A DNA stretch of 64,000 bases from an uncultured virus (IMG/VR IMGVR_UViG_3300031595_000004) (taxonomy: Duplodnaviria; Heunggongvirae; Uroviricota; Caudoviricetes): IMG/VR virus record IMGVR_UViG_3300031595_000004; one strand, 5' to 3'. The notes beneath the pieces were generated by a model. That model saw only the letters and a program-made list of their open reading frames with translations. It was not told where the DNA came from and did no database searches. Both the position numbers and the translations under genes were made by a program. Positions 28,994-39,589 of this stretch are shown here, in pieces (the stretch's first letter is position 1; each line of letters starts with the position of its first letter).

Positions 28994-29683
28994 TTATTTC
29001 CTTCGGAGAGATACGATGGCGACTCCGCCCGCGATGATGGCGACAAGCGCCAAGTTTTTCGTAATCCAGTTTGCGCCCGCCGCGAGCTTGTCTTCCGCTT
29101 TCTTGTATGAAGGGGCGTCCGCCGTCCGAGGGACAAGAGCCGGGTCGAGATACGAGACTGCGCCCTTGACCGGATCGGGCGCGTTTCGAGCGGCGGCGTC
29201 AAGCGCCTGATACACCTGACTTGACGGCGGCGTAGCCGGCTGGGGCAAGGGACGCATCGCGAACGGCATTCGGTTGAATAGGTCCTGCGCGTCGCCCTTG
29301 GTCACACGGAGATCGGGATAGGACTGCTGAAGAGTCTTTAGGATGGCGTCGTAGTATTGCTTGGCGGACGTGAACCCTTCGAAGAAGCGGTCAATCCCTT
29401 GGCCGAGAAAACCGCCCGTCCCCGTATCGAGCGCATGCTGCGCGGCGTCTCGCGCGGCTCTATAGCGAGTCTTGAGATTCTGCCAATCCCTCATCCAATC
29501 GGGGTCCACTTTCTTTCCTTGAACATTCGTTTCAATCTGCGCCATCTCATCGTCTTTGGCTTTGATAAGAGCGCGCAAGTCGGCAATTGTCTTTTCTGTA
29601 CTCATTCCGAGGAAAGAACCAAACGTCGCGGGATGCCGATGACGACGATTGATTTCTTGGAAATGAGTCTCCCAGTTTTTCAT
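28994..29683 (-). CDS. Putative virion membrane protein, C-terminal TM
   Basis: Ends LALVAIIAGGVAIVSLRRK; N-terminal leader similar to the next gene. Confidence 0.6.
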   Translation of the reverse strand: MKNWETHFQEINRRHRHPATFGSFLGMSTEKTIADLRALIKAKDDEMAQIETNVQGKKVDPDWMRDWQNLKTRYRAARDAAQHALDTGTGGFLGQGIDRFFEGFTSAKQYYDAILKTLQQSYPDLRVTKGDAQDLFNRMPFAMRPLPQPATPPSSQVYQALDAAARNAPDPVKGAVSYLDPALVPRTADAPSYKKAEDKLAAGANWITKNLALVAIIAGGVAIVSLRRK

Positions 29684-30591
29684 GCGTGCACCTGGGACGA
29701 TAGTGCAAGAATTCCGATGCCAATTGCGATGGCTGCGATGACGATTCCAGTAGAAGCTATAGCTACTGCCCCTACCCCCGGAACCGTGATGTAGCTCTCG
29801 ACCGACGCAAGGACCTGCCGGATTTTCGTTGTGATGTCTTCCTTCGTCACGAACCCTTTTCCAGACACGTCAAAGCCTGCATTCTGCGTATAGATAGTGC
29901 TCGGCGCGTGCCCGAGAATCGCGCTGTCAGGCTTGCCGATAAAGGCCGGATAGAAGACTGCAAGGTACGTATCTTCGAGCGAATGAAGTTTGTCAATGTA
30001 CGGCGCGAAGTACTGCTTGACGAGTTCTAGCTGCTGACTGAATGTCATACCCTTTAGCTTACTTACGGCGTCACTCTCTGTGGAAGTGCCGAGTAGCGCA
30101 CGCGCTGTAGACGGCATGAACTGAATGAGACCTACAGCGCCGCTCCCAGCCGCGTTCTCCACAGTCGGAGAGAACGTCCCTCCGGTCTCGAAGTTGATAA
30201 CGCTCGCGAGCCATGAAGGGTCAATGCCGATAGCTTGCGCCGCGCGAACAAGCGCTTGTTGGTCTGATACTGGCAGACGAAGGAGTCCTGGAAACGCTGG
30301 CAAACTGGCGGCAGGAGGAGACCCTGTAATCCCGAGCTTTGCGAGCGTCGCGCCGTCAATGACGGCCGACTGCGGGATGCCAGCCTGACGCTGGAAAACG
30401 ATGAGCGCGGCGCGCGTAGCGGGCCCCCAAATGCCGTCCTCCTTCAAGCGAGGGTTCGCGCCGTGGCCATTGAGCGCATGTTGAACTGCAAGCGTGTTTG
30501 GGTCTCCACCAAAACTACTCCCGTCGCCTCCGAAGGATGCGGGGTACTTGGCGCGATAGGTAATTCGCTTGAAGTGGGATTCCCAATTCAC
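29680..30591 (-). CDS. PG-binding plus lytic transglycosylase/lysozyme domain, C-terminal TM
   Basis: DGIWGPATRAAL..FQ; INFETGGTFSP...SGAVGLIQFMPSTA; hydrophobic tail. GTG start inferred from similarity to the 29683 leader. Confidence 0.85.
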   Translation of the reverse strand: MNWESHFKRITYRAKYPASFGGDGSSFGGDPNTLAVQHALNGHGANPRLKEDGIWGPATRAALIVFQRQAGIPQSAVIDGATLAKLGITGSPPAASLPAFPGLLRLPVSDQQALVRAAQAIGIDPSWLASVINFETGGTFSPTVENAAGSGAVGLIQFMPSTARALLGTSTESDAVSKLKGMTFSQQLELVKQYFAPYIDKLHSLEDTYLAVFYPAFIGKPDSAILGHAPSTIYTQNAGFDVSGKGFVTKEDITTKIRQVLASVESYITVPGVGAVAIASTGIVIAAIAIGIGILALSSQVHA

Positions 30592-30604
30592 GAATTTAGA
30601 CCGT

Positions 30605-30847
30605 TCAGTTCTCTCTCTTCTCAAACTCTCTTGCTCTAACCATTCTTTCTACCGATTCGACTCCGCTCCTGAAACTAGTCTTGCAAATGTCCAAAAAATC
30701 ACTCTCGGACATTTCGCTTTCGACGGCTCCGAACGTGGCAAGGGATAGTGTTATCGTGATCCCTTCAGTCACGGTCACATTTTCTTCGGCTAGGACATCT
30801 CCAATCCGAAGACCTATCGCCACACATTCTTCTTTGCTTTTAGCCAA
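30605..30847 (-). CDS. Hypothetical protein
   Basis: 80-aa ORF on the coding strand. Confidence 0.5.
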   Translation of the reverse strand: MAKSKEECVAIGLRIGDVLAEENVTVTEGITITLSLATFGAVESEMSESDFLDICKTSFRSGVESVERMVRAREFEKREN

Positions 30848-30853
30848 GAGTTC

Positions 30854-31331
30854 TTTACTCCGCGCTCGCTGTGCGCGATTGTCTTCGGAGACGATGCACT
30901 GGGGGCTTGGCCGTTCCGTTGACCACTTCCGCCTCGTGCTCTTATTACTTCAACCTAATCTAATCCGAAACGGACCTGATTCTCCCCAACGAGATACGCA
31001 CTTGCATTTTCCAAGAGACTTACCACACATTGCGCATGGGCCTATAAATTCACCCATATTGTTGTATCGCTGTTTGATTTTTCTTCGTCGCTTGGCGGCC
31101 ATGTTCCTAGACCCCTGTCGAGATGATTTTCCGAGCTATCCTCTTTGCGCTGGTCATGCTGAGTGCCGTGTTACGCATGAGTGGAGTGCCAGAAGCAGAT
31201 GGACCACTGTAGAGCATCCATTCCACTTGGTTAGAACCAGGTTTACTCCGCGCTCGCTGTGCGCGATTGTCTTCGGAGACGATGCACTGGGGGCTTGGCC
31301 GTTCCGTTGACCACTTCCGCCTCGTGCTCTT
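30854..31331. repeat. 90-bp exact direct repeat (30854-30943 and 31242-31331)
   Basis: Identical sequence TTTACTCCGCGCTCG...CTCGTGCTCTT in both places. Confidence 0.95.
30950..31102 (-). CDS. Small basic Cys-containing protein, 50 aa (MAAKRRRKIK...)
   Basis: Hand-translated; CAMCGKSLGKCKC. Confidence 0.5.
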   Translation of the reverse strand: MAAKRRRKIKQRYNNMGEFIGPCAMCGKSLGKCKCVSRWGESGPFRIRLG

Positions 31332-31845
31332 CTGTCTTTGCGGCCTGAGCTGTCTCCCCAGGGTCATCGGCCGCGACGTGCTCTACTTGGGTATCCTCCC
31401 CAAGGTCTTTCTCGACGTCTTCGTCGGTCGAAGGAGGAGCCGCTCTCTTTTGCATCTTCAGGATGCGAACGTCCTCGGCATGCTTTCGAAGAGCCTTCGC
31501 GGCGCCAGTGGCCGTGATACTCTCGAACGCGTCCGCAAGACGCTCTACAGCGCCAACATCTTCACTTGCCAGACCCTTGTCGAAGGCATCCCTCCGCGCC
31601 CGCTTCTGCTCCGGCGTCTGCTCTCGGAGGTCCGCGCGACGACGGAGCATGGTGGCTTCGACAGCCAAGCCTTGTGCTTCGAAGACGTCGGCGAGTTTCC
31701 GGAGCTCAGAAGGAACGTGAAGCTCCGCGAGCGCGGCCTTGTAGACCTTCTCACGTTCGGGAGTGAGGATGCCTTTCTTTTCGGATTTCTTCCAAGCTCC
31801 GAAGAGAAGGGCGCCGATGGTGATTTCGAGAAGACCGATAGGCAT
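31243..31845 (-). CDS. N-terminal TM protein, paralogue of 38544-39212
   Basis: LTPER..VY...LRKLADVFE..GL...A..LR.RA.L repeated helical motif. Confidence 0.65.
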   Translation of the reverse strand: MPIGLLEITIGALLFGAWKKSEKKGILTPEREKVYKAALAELHVPSELRKLADVFEAQGLAVEATMLRRRADLREQTPEQKRARRDAFDKGLASEDVGAVERLADAFESITATGAAKALRKHAEDVRILKMQKRAAPPSTDEDVEKDLGEDTQVEHVAADDPGETAQAAKTEEHEAEVVNGTAKPPVHRLRRQSRTASAE

Positions 31846-31919
31846 CGGGCGTGTCGATCCTTTATTCTCCACATTGGAGAAGAAGTAACACTTCAATTCA
31901 TGAATTGAGCTAACCGCTT

Positions 31920-31948
31920 ATCCTATCACAGATAATCGGTATTGTCAA
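31920..31948 (-). promoter_or_regulatory. sigma70-type promoter, extended -10
   Basis: TTGACA-N17-TAGGAT with TGn; perfect palindrome AATTCATGAATT at 31895-31906 just downstream. Confidence 0.75.
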
Positions 31949-31949
31949 G

Positions 31950-33191
31950 CTATACGGCTGAGGCTTTGGCGAGAAAGTTCTCGATATGGCTCACGCGCGT
32001 ATTGAGTTTGGCGAGAGTTACTTTGCGCTTGGACTTGTGTTTGGTGGTCTTGCGCTTTTTGCTTGTCTTACGGTGTTTCTTGCTGGCTGCCATGTGGATG
32101 TCCTATTTGGTGTGAGCGTGGTAATTCACGAACTTAGCCGCAGATCTTCAAATTCTCTCGTTTGATGAGCTTTGCAGCGAGTGTTGCAGACGTTCTCGAT
32201 TCTTCCTCTCTCGCGCCTGGGTCGGCCGCAAGATTGATAAGTCTCTCTGCGCGCTCGGACTTGGAGGTCTTCTTACACGACCCTTCTGGTTTCGGAGTGG
32301 AAATAGCCGTGAGATAGTTCTCGGACAGAATGATTCGATTGCGAAGGTTGGCAATACGGCGTTTCATTTTAGCCAAAGTCGGCAGTTTCTTTTTCGCCTT
32401 CTTCGCTTTCGTCTTCATGACTGAATCTTGGACAGAAATGCTTCCACGTGGGCCACGCGACTCTGGAGACTCTTCACTTCGTCCATGAGAGGCTTTATGG
32501 AGGAAGCTGACGGAGCCTTCTTCTTCGGTTTCCTCTTTGCGCTCTTCTTCGCTGTAGCCATAGGAACCCCTAGTTCGATCGAAGATAGTGAAAGAGAACT
32601 ACAAGCAATATGACGACACCGAACCAGGCGACGCCCACGCCGACGATGAGCGGGTCTAGGTCGTAGCCGAGGAAGATCATTGAAGGGTTTTCCTTACTCC
32701 GATCGAAGGAGAATGATGACACAGACCAAAGAAACGGCTACGCTGACAATGAGCGGGTCTAGGTCGTAGCCTAGAAGGCTCATTTCTTATTCGCTCTCAG
32801 AAGTCCCGTCTCTTCTGCGAGCACAGCTTCATCTCCCCAGCCTTTCTTTTCAGCTTCCGAGACAAGCCTGTCCACGTTCGCCTCATGAAACACGGCGTTC
32901 GGAATGAATCCGGCAAGACGAAGGCGAGCCGCAGTTTCTTTCGCGACTCGAATCTTCCGGAGGAGTTGTCCCTTGGGGGAAAGCGATTTCCGTTTGTGAG
33001 GCATCCTACTTCCTCTTGGATTTGCGAAGAGCAGTTTTGTGGACACCAACAAGATTGCCGATATCGGTGTCCGTCATGTATGAAAGTGTTTGATCGGAAA
33101 TTGGAAAGGGATTGTACTTCTTCAAGTACTTGACTCGCATACGACGGAGTCTCTGTTTAGCTTTCCCTGGCCAATGACGTTTGGTAGCCAT
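31950..33191 (-). CDS. Cluster of small basic proteins (31950-32093, 32134-32418, 32415-32561, 32780-33004, 33006-33191) and two TM peptides (32570-32680, 32694-32783)
   Basis: Hand-translated, tightly packed ORFs starting MAASKKHRK, MKTKAKK, MATAKKSAKRK, MPHKRKS, MATKRHW; peptides MIFLGYDLDPL and MSLLGYDLDPL. Confidence 0.6.
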
Positions 33192-33303
33192 TATCTTCTC
33201 GCTTCCTGGAGGCGGCGTTCGAGATTCTTGCAGTGAAGGTCTCCCGTGTAAGACCCGACCGCGAGTCCACCGAGAAACCCGAGTGCCATGTAGAGTAGCC
33301 AGT

Positions 33304-33837
33304 TCATAATACATCCCTACTTCGGCTCATGGTGTCTGCCGAGAGATCTTCGCCGTGATCGTCGTTCGCAACGAATCCGATGGCTCGTCCAAGCGCCACA
33401 ATCCTGAAAGACTTCTTGTGGGCGACAGGGCCAAGGTGAAGGCGCGCTTCTGCTTGATTGTTCGCGTGCATATAGTGAATCTGCGGCTCTCCATCCACTT
33501 CGATGGCGCACGCGTAAAGGTCCTTGTCGTTCCACTTGTCCAAGAAACAAGTGCGTGCGAAAGAACATTTGTTGCAGCGAATGACCGGATGAATCTTACC
33601 TAGCCTATCGAGCGAATGAACTCGGTTGTGGAGAAGGAGATTCGTCCCGCACGCTGGACATGAGATGAGGGCGAGAAGCCAGGGAGGCGCCCCTTCGTAG
33701 GGCATAGTCCATGTGCCGGCAAACCCCTTAACCGTACGGCCTTCGGGCGTGTCTACGTACTCCCATTGGGATTTGCGAAAGACGTAGGTTTCGATGGGAG
33801 AGGCGACGACGGATGCGGTTTGCATGTGAGACTCCAA
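33304..33837 (-). CDS. Zn-ribbon protein
   Basis: CPAC...CNKC pairs. Confidence 0.6.
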   Translation of the reverse strand: MESHMQTASVVASPIETYVFRKSQWEYVDTPEGRTVKGFAGTWTMPYEGAPPWLLALISCPACGTNLLLHNRVHSLDRLGKIHPVIRCNKCSFARTCFLDKWNDKDLYACAIEVDGEPQIHYMHANNQAEARLHLGPVAHKKSFRIVALGRAIGFVANDDHGEDLSADTMSRSRDVL

Positions 33838-33855
33838 AAGCGAATAGTGCGTGAA

Positions 33856-34418
33856 TTACTTCTTCGAGAACTCTTTCATTCGCTCCACTGCGGTAGACCG
33901 AGCTTCGTCCATATACCTGTCGCCCCATACGAGAGCGTGTCCGTACGGACTCATGTCTTGAAGCTTGTACTGAAGACTGTCTGCTCTGCTTCTCAGTCCA
34001 GGTTTTGAAGATTTTGCAGCACGTCTCCACTTGACGTAAAGAACATCCTCTGCCCGAAGCGGTCCGTGGAACTTGTGCTTGCTCTTGCTTCTTCTCTGGT
34101 GTGGCATGGGGGGTACCTTTATTCGAGCATGAAAAAGAGATTTTTCGGCCGTACCCTGGTTTACGGAATTTGCTCGTTTTGCCAAGAACGTATCGCAGCA
34201 TCTGTCGATTTCGTTACCCACTCTTGCGCTCTTGCCTTATTCGTGAAAGTTTTGATCGGTTCTCCTTCGAACATGATCGATGCGTACCCACCTTCAGAGT
34301 CTATGCGGATACCGTGAGTACCAAGATAGTTTTTGCCTTCACTCTCACGCAATGACGCCAGGACTATTGCCTTGACTGTCTTTAGTTTCTTACTCTTACG
34401 TCGACTGGTGAGTTTCAT
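33856..34418 (-). CDS. Two small basic proteins (33856-34107 MPHQRRSKSK; 34161-34418 MKLTSRRKSKK)
   Basis: K/R-rich N-termini, coding strand. Confidence 0.6.
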
Positions 34419-34452
34419 GGTCGGAGCGTTTCCTTTTTTTAGACTACAAGGG

Positions 34453-35295
34453 CTACCCGTCGATTCCGAGCGTCACCGAAAAGATGTAGTTATCGGCCAC
34501 GCTATTATTGAAAAGCTGCGCCGCAAATGCCCCTGGAGGTAGTGGCTGCCACTGAGGACTGTTGCGTGGATCGTAAAGACGTCCGATATTTTGAATGGCC
34601 ACTTGCGCAGCCTGATCGGCAATAGGCGCCCCTCCGACGCTACCGACTGTCACGTGAACGCTCGTAGCGCCGATCTGTTTGACAGTCCCTAGAGCGGTCG
34701 GAAGAGCAGTTTGAGGGCCGCCGGTAAAGAGCGTATTGAGCTGAGGAAAGAAAACGACGAGAGAGCTCGCGGGAGCTACTTGGAATGCGCAAAGTCCGTA
34801 GAACGGATCTGTTTCGTCCGGATTTGGAATGTCCCAGAACGGTTGCTGCGATTGCGCCGCACGAAGACCAGGCGAAACATTGATGGTGATGGCGTAGACC
34901 TGTCCAGGAACACCAACTTCACTCCCAAGAGGGGAAGCGTCGTAGACGTTCACGTTGCAGGCTTCCCCGACTCCAGAGATTGTAGTCCCCGAGATGACGG
35001 ACACCGAACGGCGGACTGCGGTACCATCCACGATCCAAGTGATGTCTGCGAAAACGAGCTGGCCGACTTTGCCAGGCAATTGCGCTTGCTGCGAGACTTC
35101 AAACTGGATCGTATAGACGTCGCACTTGGGAAAGCAGACCTGCATCTTGACGACGCGGCCCCCGGGCGGAGAACCTGGCAAAGGTGCCACGTTTTGACAC
35201 ACCAAGTTGCCCGACTGAGACCAACCAGTCTGAGAGTTCAACTCACGAGCATTGTTCTGCATCATGAGTTTACGTGCGCCAGGAGTCATGTTCAT
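34453..35295 (-). CDS. Beta-rich structural protein (possible minor capsid/penton)
   Basis: 280 aa with alternating hydrophobic beta-strand patterns; function is inferred only. Confidence 0.4.
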   Translation of the reverse strand: MNMTPGARKLMMQNNARELNSQTGWSQSGNLVCQNVAPLPGSPPGGRVVKMQVCFPKCDVYTIQFEVSQQAQLPGKVGQLVFADITWIVDGTAVRRSVSVISGTTISGVGEACNVNVYDASPLGSEVGVPGQVYAITINVSPGLRAAQSQQPFWDIPNPDETDPFYGLCAFQVAPASSLVVFFPQLNTLFTGGPQTALPTALGTVKQIGATSVHVTVGSVGGAPIADQAAQVAIQNIGRLYDPRNSPQWQPLPPGAFAAQLFNNSVADNYIFSVTLGIDG

Positions 35296-35634
35296 GGGAT
35301 GTGCCTATGGGAAAGCTTGGAGAACTTCTTCGCACCGTACTTGCGCCGACCAATCCACGCGGCAAGGGCGTCTGGATTATAGACTCCGCGCGCTTTGAGC
35401 TTCTTCGAAAGTGCCTTGAAGCGCTTGCCAGTGCCTAGTTTGGATTTGCGCTTTTTGGGCACAGACTCACCAATCAATTTTCTTTAGAAGTCTGGCAGCC
35501 GTTTGAACTTCCGGCTTCAGGTACGGATTGCCTTCGCGTGATCCGCGATTGCCAACCGTGTACTCCAGAAGGTTCTCAAGAGCCTTCTTGTATCTGTTTG
35601 GACGAGCTTTCTTCTTTCGACGTTTGGCTGGCAT
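35292..35634 (-). CDS. Two small basic proteins (35292-35462 MPKKRKSK; 35467-35634 MPAKRRKKK)
   Basis: K/R-rich N-termini; starts re-assigned by hand. Confidence 0.6.
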
Positions 35635-35638
35635 CTGG

Positions 35639-36022
35639 TTACTCCACGTCTTCAGGTTTTGAGAATTTCCACGAAGTCTTTCTTTTGAGTCCTTGTATCC
35701 ACGCTTTTCCTTCACTCGATATATTTGATTCTGAAGCGTGACTTACCGATCGAAAGTCTTCCTCTGCTCTCCTAAGTAGTCTGCCTGCCCAACCTTCTCG
35801 GCGATGATCGGGTACGGTATAGACGTTTGCGACCTGAGCATGTTTTCCGTCTCGACTAACTACCTGAAGAACGGAGACTGGTTTCCCACTTGCGTACGCA
35901 ACGTATCGAGAACTACCGTGCGGGCTCTTGTATCGAGCGATCCCGTTACCACTCTTCGGACGACTGCCCTTCTCAGGACCTATGCCTGGAGCGAGTCCGC
36001 GTTCGTTGAGGTAACCTTCCAT
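35639..36022 (-). CDS. GNAT-family acetyltransferase
   Basis: VANVYTVPDHRREGWAGRLL matches the acetyl-CoA binding motif A. Confidence 0.75.
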   Translation of the reverse strand: MEGYLNERGLAPGIGPEKGSRPKSGNGIARYKSPHGSSRYVAYASGKPVSVLQVVSRDGKHAQVANVYTVPDHRREGWAGRLLRRAEEDFRSVSHASESNISSEGKAWIQGLKRKTSWKFSKPEDVE

Positions 36023-36036
36023 GAGCTAACTCGTAT

Positions 36037-36360
36037 TTACAGATCGTTAAATTCTCCACGCTCGAAACGTCTTGCGAGGTCTTCGGCGAGATGCGTCCGA
36101 GTTGCCTTGTCGAATATCGGACTGTCCGCCGAACCGAACTCTTTTTGATACTGCTTGGCGCCTCGGTCCACCCAATGCTGCCATGCCTTGGGCGCCTTGG
36201 ACGGATCGTACTTGCCCTTTGCACGTTTCGCCTTCAAGTTCTGGACGATGGCTTTCTTCATCGGGTAAAGCTCGCCTGTAGTCTGAGTAAAGAGATCAAG
36301 CTCATGAGCCGCCGTAAGGTCAGCCAACCGCTTCTTACTCTTTCTGCGTACGTGGGGCAT
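36037..36360 (-). CDS. Small basic protein (MPHVRRKSKK...)
   Basis: AGGAG RBS; K/R-rich N-terminus. Confidence 0.7.
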   Translation of the reverse strand: MPHVRRKSKKRLADLTAAHELDLFTQTTGELYPMKKAIVQNLKAKRAKGKYDPSKAPKAWQHWVDRGAKQYQKEFGSADSPIFDKATRTHLAEDLARRFERGEFNDL

Positions 36361-36399
36361 CGTCTTCTCCTTGCCTTTTAGTTCGTGAATTATCTAGCC

Positions 36400-37032
36400 C
36401 TAGCCGTGGAGCTCAGAAGGATACGTCGCAGATCGACTGCATCCACCAAGTTCCCACTCCACACCCTTACACAGAATCCCCACGGGCGAGTTCGGGTCCC
36501 GCATAATCTGAATCTTGCGCGCCATCCCAATGCAGTGGCCTGCGCAGAGGTACCCGGCAAGTTCCGGCGGAAGACGGCGCATGGTGGGCTTCATGACCGC
36601 TGGCTCGCCTGCGTTCTCGAGACCCATACGGAATGCCACCTGCGGTGGGGCAGATGGTTCCAGTAGACCGTCTAAAGCGTGGACTCTGGGATTATCCCAA
36701 TCTCGCCCCATCGAGAGAACGACGCACGCGGTCTGAATGAGGTTACTGTCCTCGAAGCGCGGCAAGGCCAGAAGCGTTTCGAAGACGTCTTCGTCGGAGT
36801 TGTCGGGATTCTTCAAGACTCCGATAATACTCGCTCCCTCCTCCCAGTTGGAGATGGGCGCAGGGTGGTCGGCGATATAGCGCGTTACCGCGGCCTGAGC
36901 GGTCTTGGCCTTGGGAGAGCCCTTACGGGCGTTCTCGCCTACCATCTGGAGCATGGCCATGGCGTTCTGGTCACCGGCTCTTGCGCGTTCGACCAATTGT
37001 TCGGCGCCATCTCTTTGGGTGAGGTTGGGCAT
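36400..37032 (-). CDS. Hypothetical protein, 210 aa
   Basis: Coding-strand ORF in the operon. Confidence 0.6.
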   Translation of the reverse strand: MPNLTQRDGAEQLVERARAGDQNAMAMLQMVGENARKGSPKAKTAQAAVTRYIADHPAPISNWEEGASIIGVLKNPDNSDEDVFETLLALPRFEDSNLIQTACVVLSMGRDWDNPRVHALDGLLEPSAPPQVAFRMGLENAGEPAVMKPTMRRLPPELAGYLCAGHCIGMARKIQIMRDPNSPVGILCKGVEWELGGCSRSATYPSELHG

Positions 37033-37034
37033 GG

Positions 37035-38540
37035 TTATCTCGCGAGCGTCTTGAAAGGTTTTCCGCCGATAGCCTCGTCGATCCTATCAGCGCCGATGGC
37101 TCTTGCATGCTCGATAGCATGATGTTTACTTTGAAAGAGACCGTGATACACGCCTTGTTTCATCACTCGGTAGAATCTCGGTTTTCTTGACTTACGACGC
37201 TTGGCAGGCATGTCTACCTCGTCCAGTGCTTTCGTAATGATACCGGAGTACCGAGGATCTTGTACTGCTCATCTTCGAGCTTTCCGATCCTGCTTAGAAT
37301 CTTGGTCCGCTCGCCCGTCTTATAAGCGGGAACCTTTTCAAGAAGGGTCCAGCTACGCTTGATCTGCGCGTGGACAGTCTTGAGTGATCGTTTCTTCTTA
37401 CGACGCTTGGCAGGCATATCTTTACTCCTTCACCACTGAGAAGCTTACCCCACCCATAAGCTTACTCTTCTTCCAAGCCTCGCGAAGGCGTTTCCGCTCC
37501 GCAACTGCCGCTGCCTTACTTTCGAAGGACGTAACAATCTTCGAGTAAGGAGTGTAGACCGTAAGCTTGTGACGCCGCTTGTGAGGCATTGGCTCCTATT
37601 CCTTCTTCGCTGCCATATCACGTTGCTGTTCGAGTTGGGCCAGACGTCGGGATGCGGTCTCGCGAATCTTCTCAGTCTTGCCGGTCGCCATGAGTCTTAC
37701 GTAAAAGAGCTTGAAGTGTTCGTAGGCGAGATTTCTCTTTGGCCTACGAACACTTCTCGCGTAATACGGCATAGGCTTTAGCCGAGGGAGCGCTTGATGG
37801 CCGCCGCAGTAGTACCGGCCTTGCGTGCGGCACGCTTGATAAAGGCTCGGACGCTGCGCTTGGTTGCCTTGGAAACCTTGTGGGTCTTGTGCTTTTTGGC
37901 CATTGACGTGACTCCTGTTTGCTGTTGAAAGAAGACAATTCGTGAACTAAAAACTATTTCTTCATGAAGATCTGTACATACCCCTCGTCCAAGAGCGCTT
38001 GACGTTGACCGTCGGACAGCGGAAGTGCATCAAGGCGAGAGGTTAGCTGCCGCCACTTGTACTGTTGACGTTTCGTGGAGCGGGTTAGAGTTCCAGGCCA
38101 GTAGCGGCCACGCTTGCGCTTCTTGTGAGCCACGGCTACCTAATTCCGTAGAGTTCATCGCTCTTTTTGAGAAGTTTTTTGACTTTTGGATTTGACCACA
38201 AGTTGCCCCTTATCGGAGCGTCTTTTATCGCCTTCAAGAGGCGACGCTCGACGTCTTGAATCCGTTTGTCTTTTTTCAGAAATCCACCGTGGACCTTTGC
38301 ACGGAACTTTCGCATACTGAGCTTTGCACGTTTCTTGCGATTTCGACGCTTCATGGGCTACCTCCCATCTCTTATGAGTCTTAGATCTGTAGATGTAAGA
38401 ACTCCAGGCATCGCAAGATTTACCTTGGTAAGTAAACGCTTCCGCTCACCTAGACTTGATCTTTTACTTATTGCCTGAATGAACTTGTCGAAGGTAACCT
38501 TCGCGCGATTGCGCTGCTTCTTCTTCGTTCGCTTCTTCAT
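37035..38540 (-). CDS. Array of eight small basic proteins (37035-37211, 37214-37417, 37422-37589, 37596-37772, 37778-37903, 37954-38133, 38136-38354, 38358-38540)
   Basis: Hand-translated, head-to-tail ORFs of 41-72 aa starting MPAKRRK, MPAKRRKKK, MPHKRRHK, MPYYARSVRR, MAKKHK, MAHKKRKR, MKRRNRKK, MKKRTKKK. Confidence 0.7.
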
Positions 38541-38543
38541 GGT

Positions 38544-39212
38544 CTAGTAGCTTCCATCATCGGGTGGCGGAGGTGGCGGCGTGGGGTGAGGGTACTGCGA
38601 AGGGATGACCGTGCCAACCCCAAAGTCGCCCCCAGCAGGAGGAGGGCCGCCAAACCCTTCACCGTGCGGCATGGGAGGTACGGGCGCCGCCGTCGCTTCG
38701 AGCGGCACTGGCGCCTGCATCATCTGCCCCGCTTGCGTCGCAGGTGCTTGCCCTTCAGGGTGCTGCAATTGTTCTTCCGGATGCTGCGCCGGAGGATTGG
38801 ACGGCGTAAGCTGAACCGGGGGGATTGGTAAGGCTTGTTCTAGCCCTTGGGCGTAGTCCCTCAAAATTCCGGCTGACGCTCCGGCTCCTTGACTTTCGAA
38901 GACGAGCGCTAATCCGCGAATTGCAACCGGATCGGTGGACGAGAGAGCCTGCTTGAGCGCGGCGGCCCGCGCGAGTTGAACATTGGCGGGGACCGTGGGA
39001 AGTTTGGCGCGGTTACGAAGTGCGCGCGCTTGCTCGAAGAGACCCGCCTCTTTGAACGCGTCGGCAAGCCGGTTCAAGCGCTCCGGATCTTTCTCGAAGG
39101 AGATAGCCATCGAGTAAACCGCTTGGCGCTCAGGCGTCAAGTCGCCCACGTTGGTCTTGTGGGCGTAATAGCGCCAGAGAATGAAGAGTCCTAGCGGAAG
39201 CCAGAGAGCCAT
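38544..39212 (-). CDS. N-terminal TM protein with Pro-rich tail
   Basis: Paralogue of 31243-31845 (LTPERQAVY...RLADAF). Confidence 0.65.
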   Translation of the reverse strand: MALWLPLGLFILWRYYAHKTNVGDLTPERQAVYSMAISFEKDPERLNRLADAFKEAGLFEQARALRNRAKLPTVPANVQLARAAALKQALSSTDPVAIRGLALVFESQGAGASAGILRDYAQGLEQALPIPPVQLTPSNPPAQHPEEQLQHPEGQAPATQAGQMMQAPVPLEATAAPVPPMPHGEGFGGPPPAGGDFGVGTVIPSQYPHPTPPPPPPDDGSY

Positions 39213-39214
39213 GA

Positions 39215-39589
39215 TTATCCCTTCATCCAAATCTCGTCGTACGGTTTCGCGTTGACGATACGAGGCGTCTCATGCCAGAGAGATCCACGTTTCGGCAGTC
39301 TCGCGTCGATCGCCTTATCGGGTCCAACGTGGATAGACGGCGAAATCTGCCACTCTCCGTCTACTATCTTCACAAGACCCCAGCTTCGTCCACCAGGCCC
39401 ATTTTCCGTATAGATACCGTTCGGAATAATTGGAACCGCGAATGAGTGATGAAAACCGTCTGTGCATTTCACATAAAACCAGAAAATCCAATAGCGGATT
39501 CTATTCGGAGTAACGGCTCTGTGGATCGTGCAGTCGTTCTCATTAAGCGCTTCCACATAGACCAAAGAGCGGTACCGGAGCTCCATCAC
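39215..39589 (-). CDS. Hypothetical protein
   Basis: 124-aa ORF overlapping its neighbours. Confidence 0.5.
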   Translation of the reverse strand: MMELRYRSLVYVEALNENDCTIHRAVTPNRIRYWIFWFYVKCTDGFHHSFAVPIIPNGIYTENGPGGRSWGLVKIVDGEWQISPSIHVGPDKAIDARLPKRGSLWHETPRIVNAKPYDEIWMKG

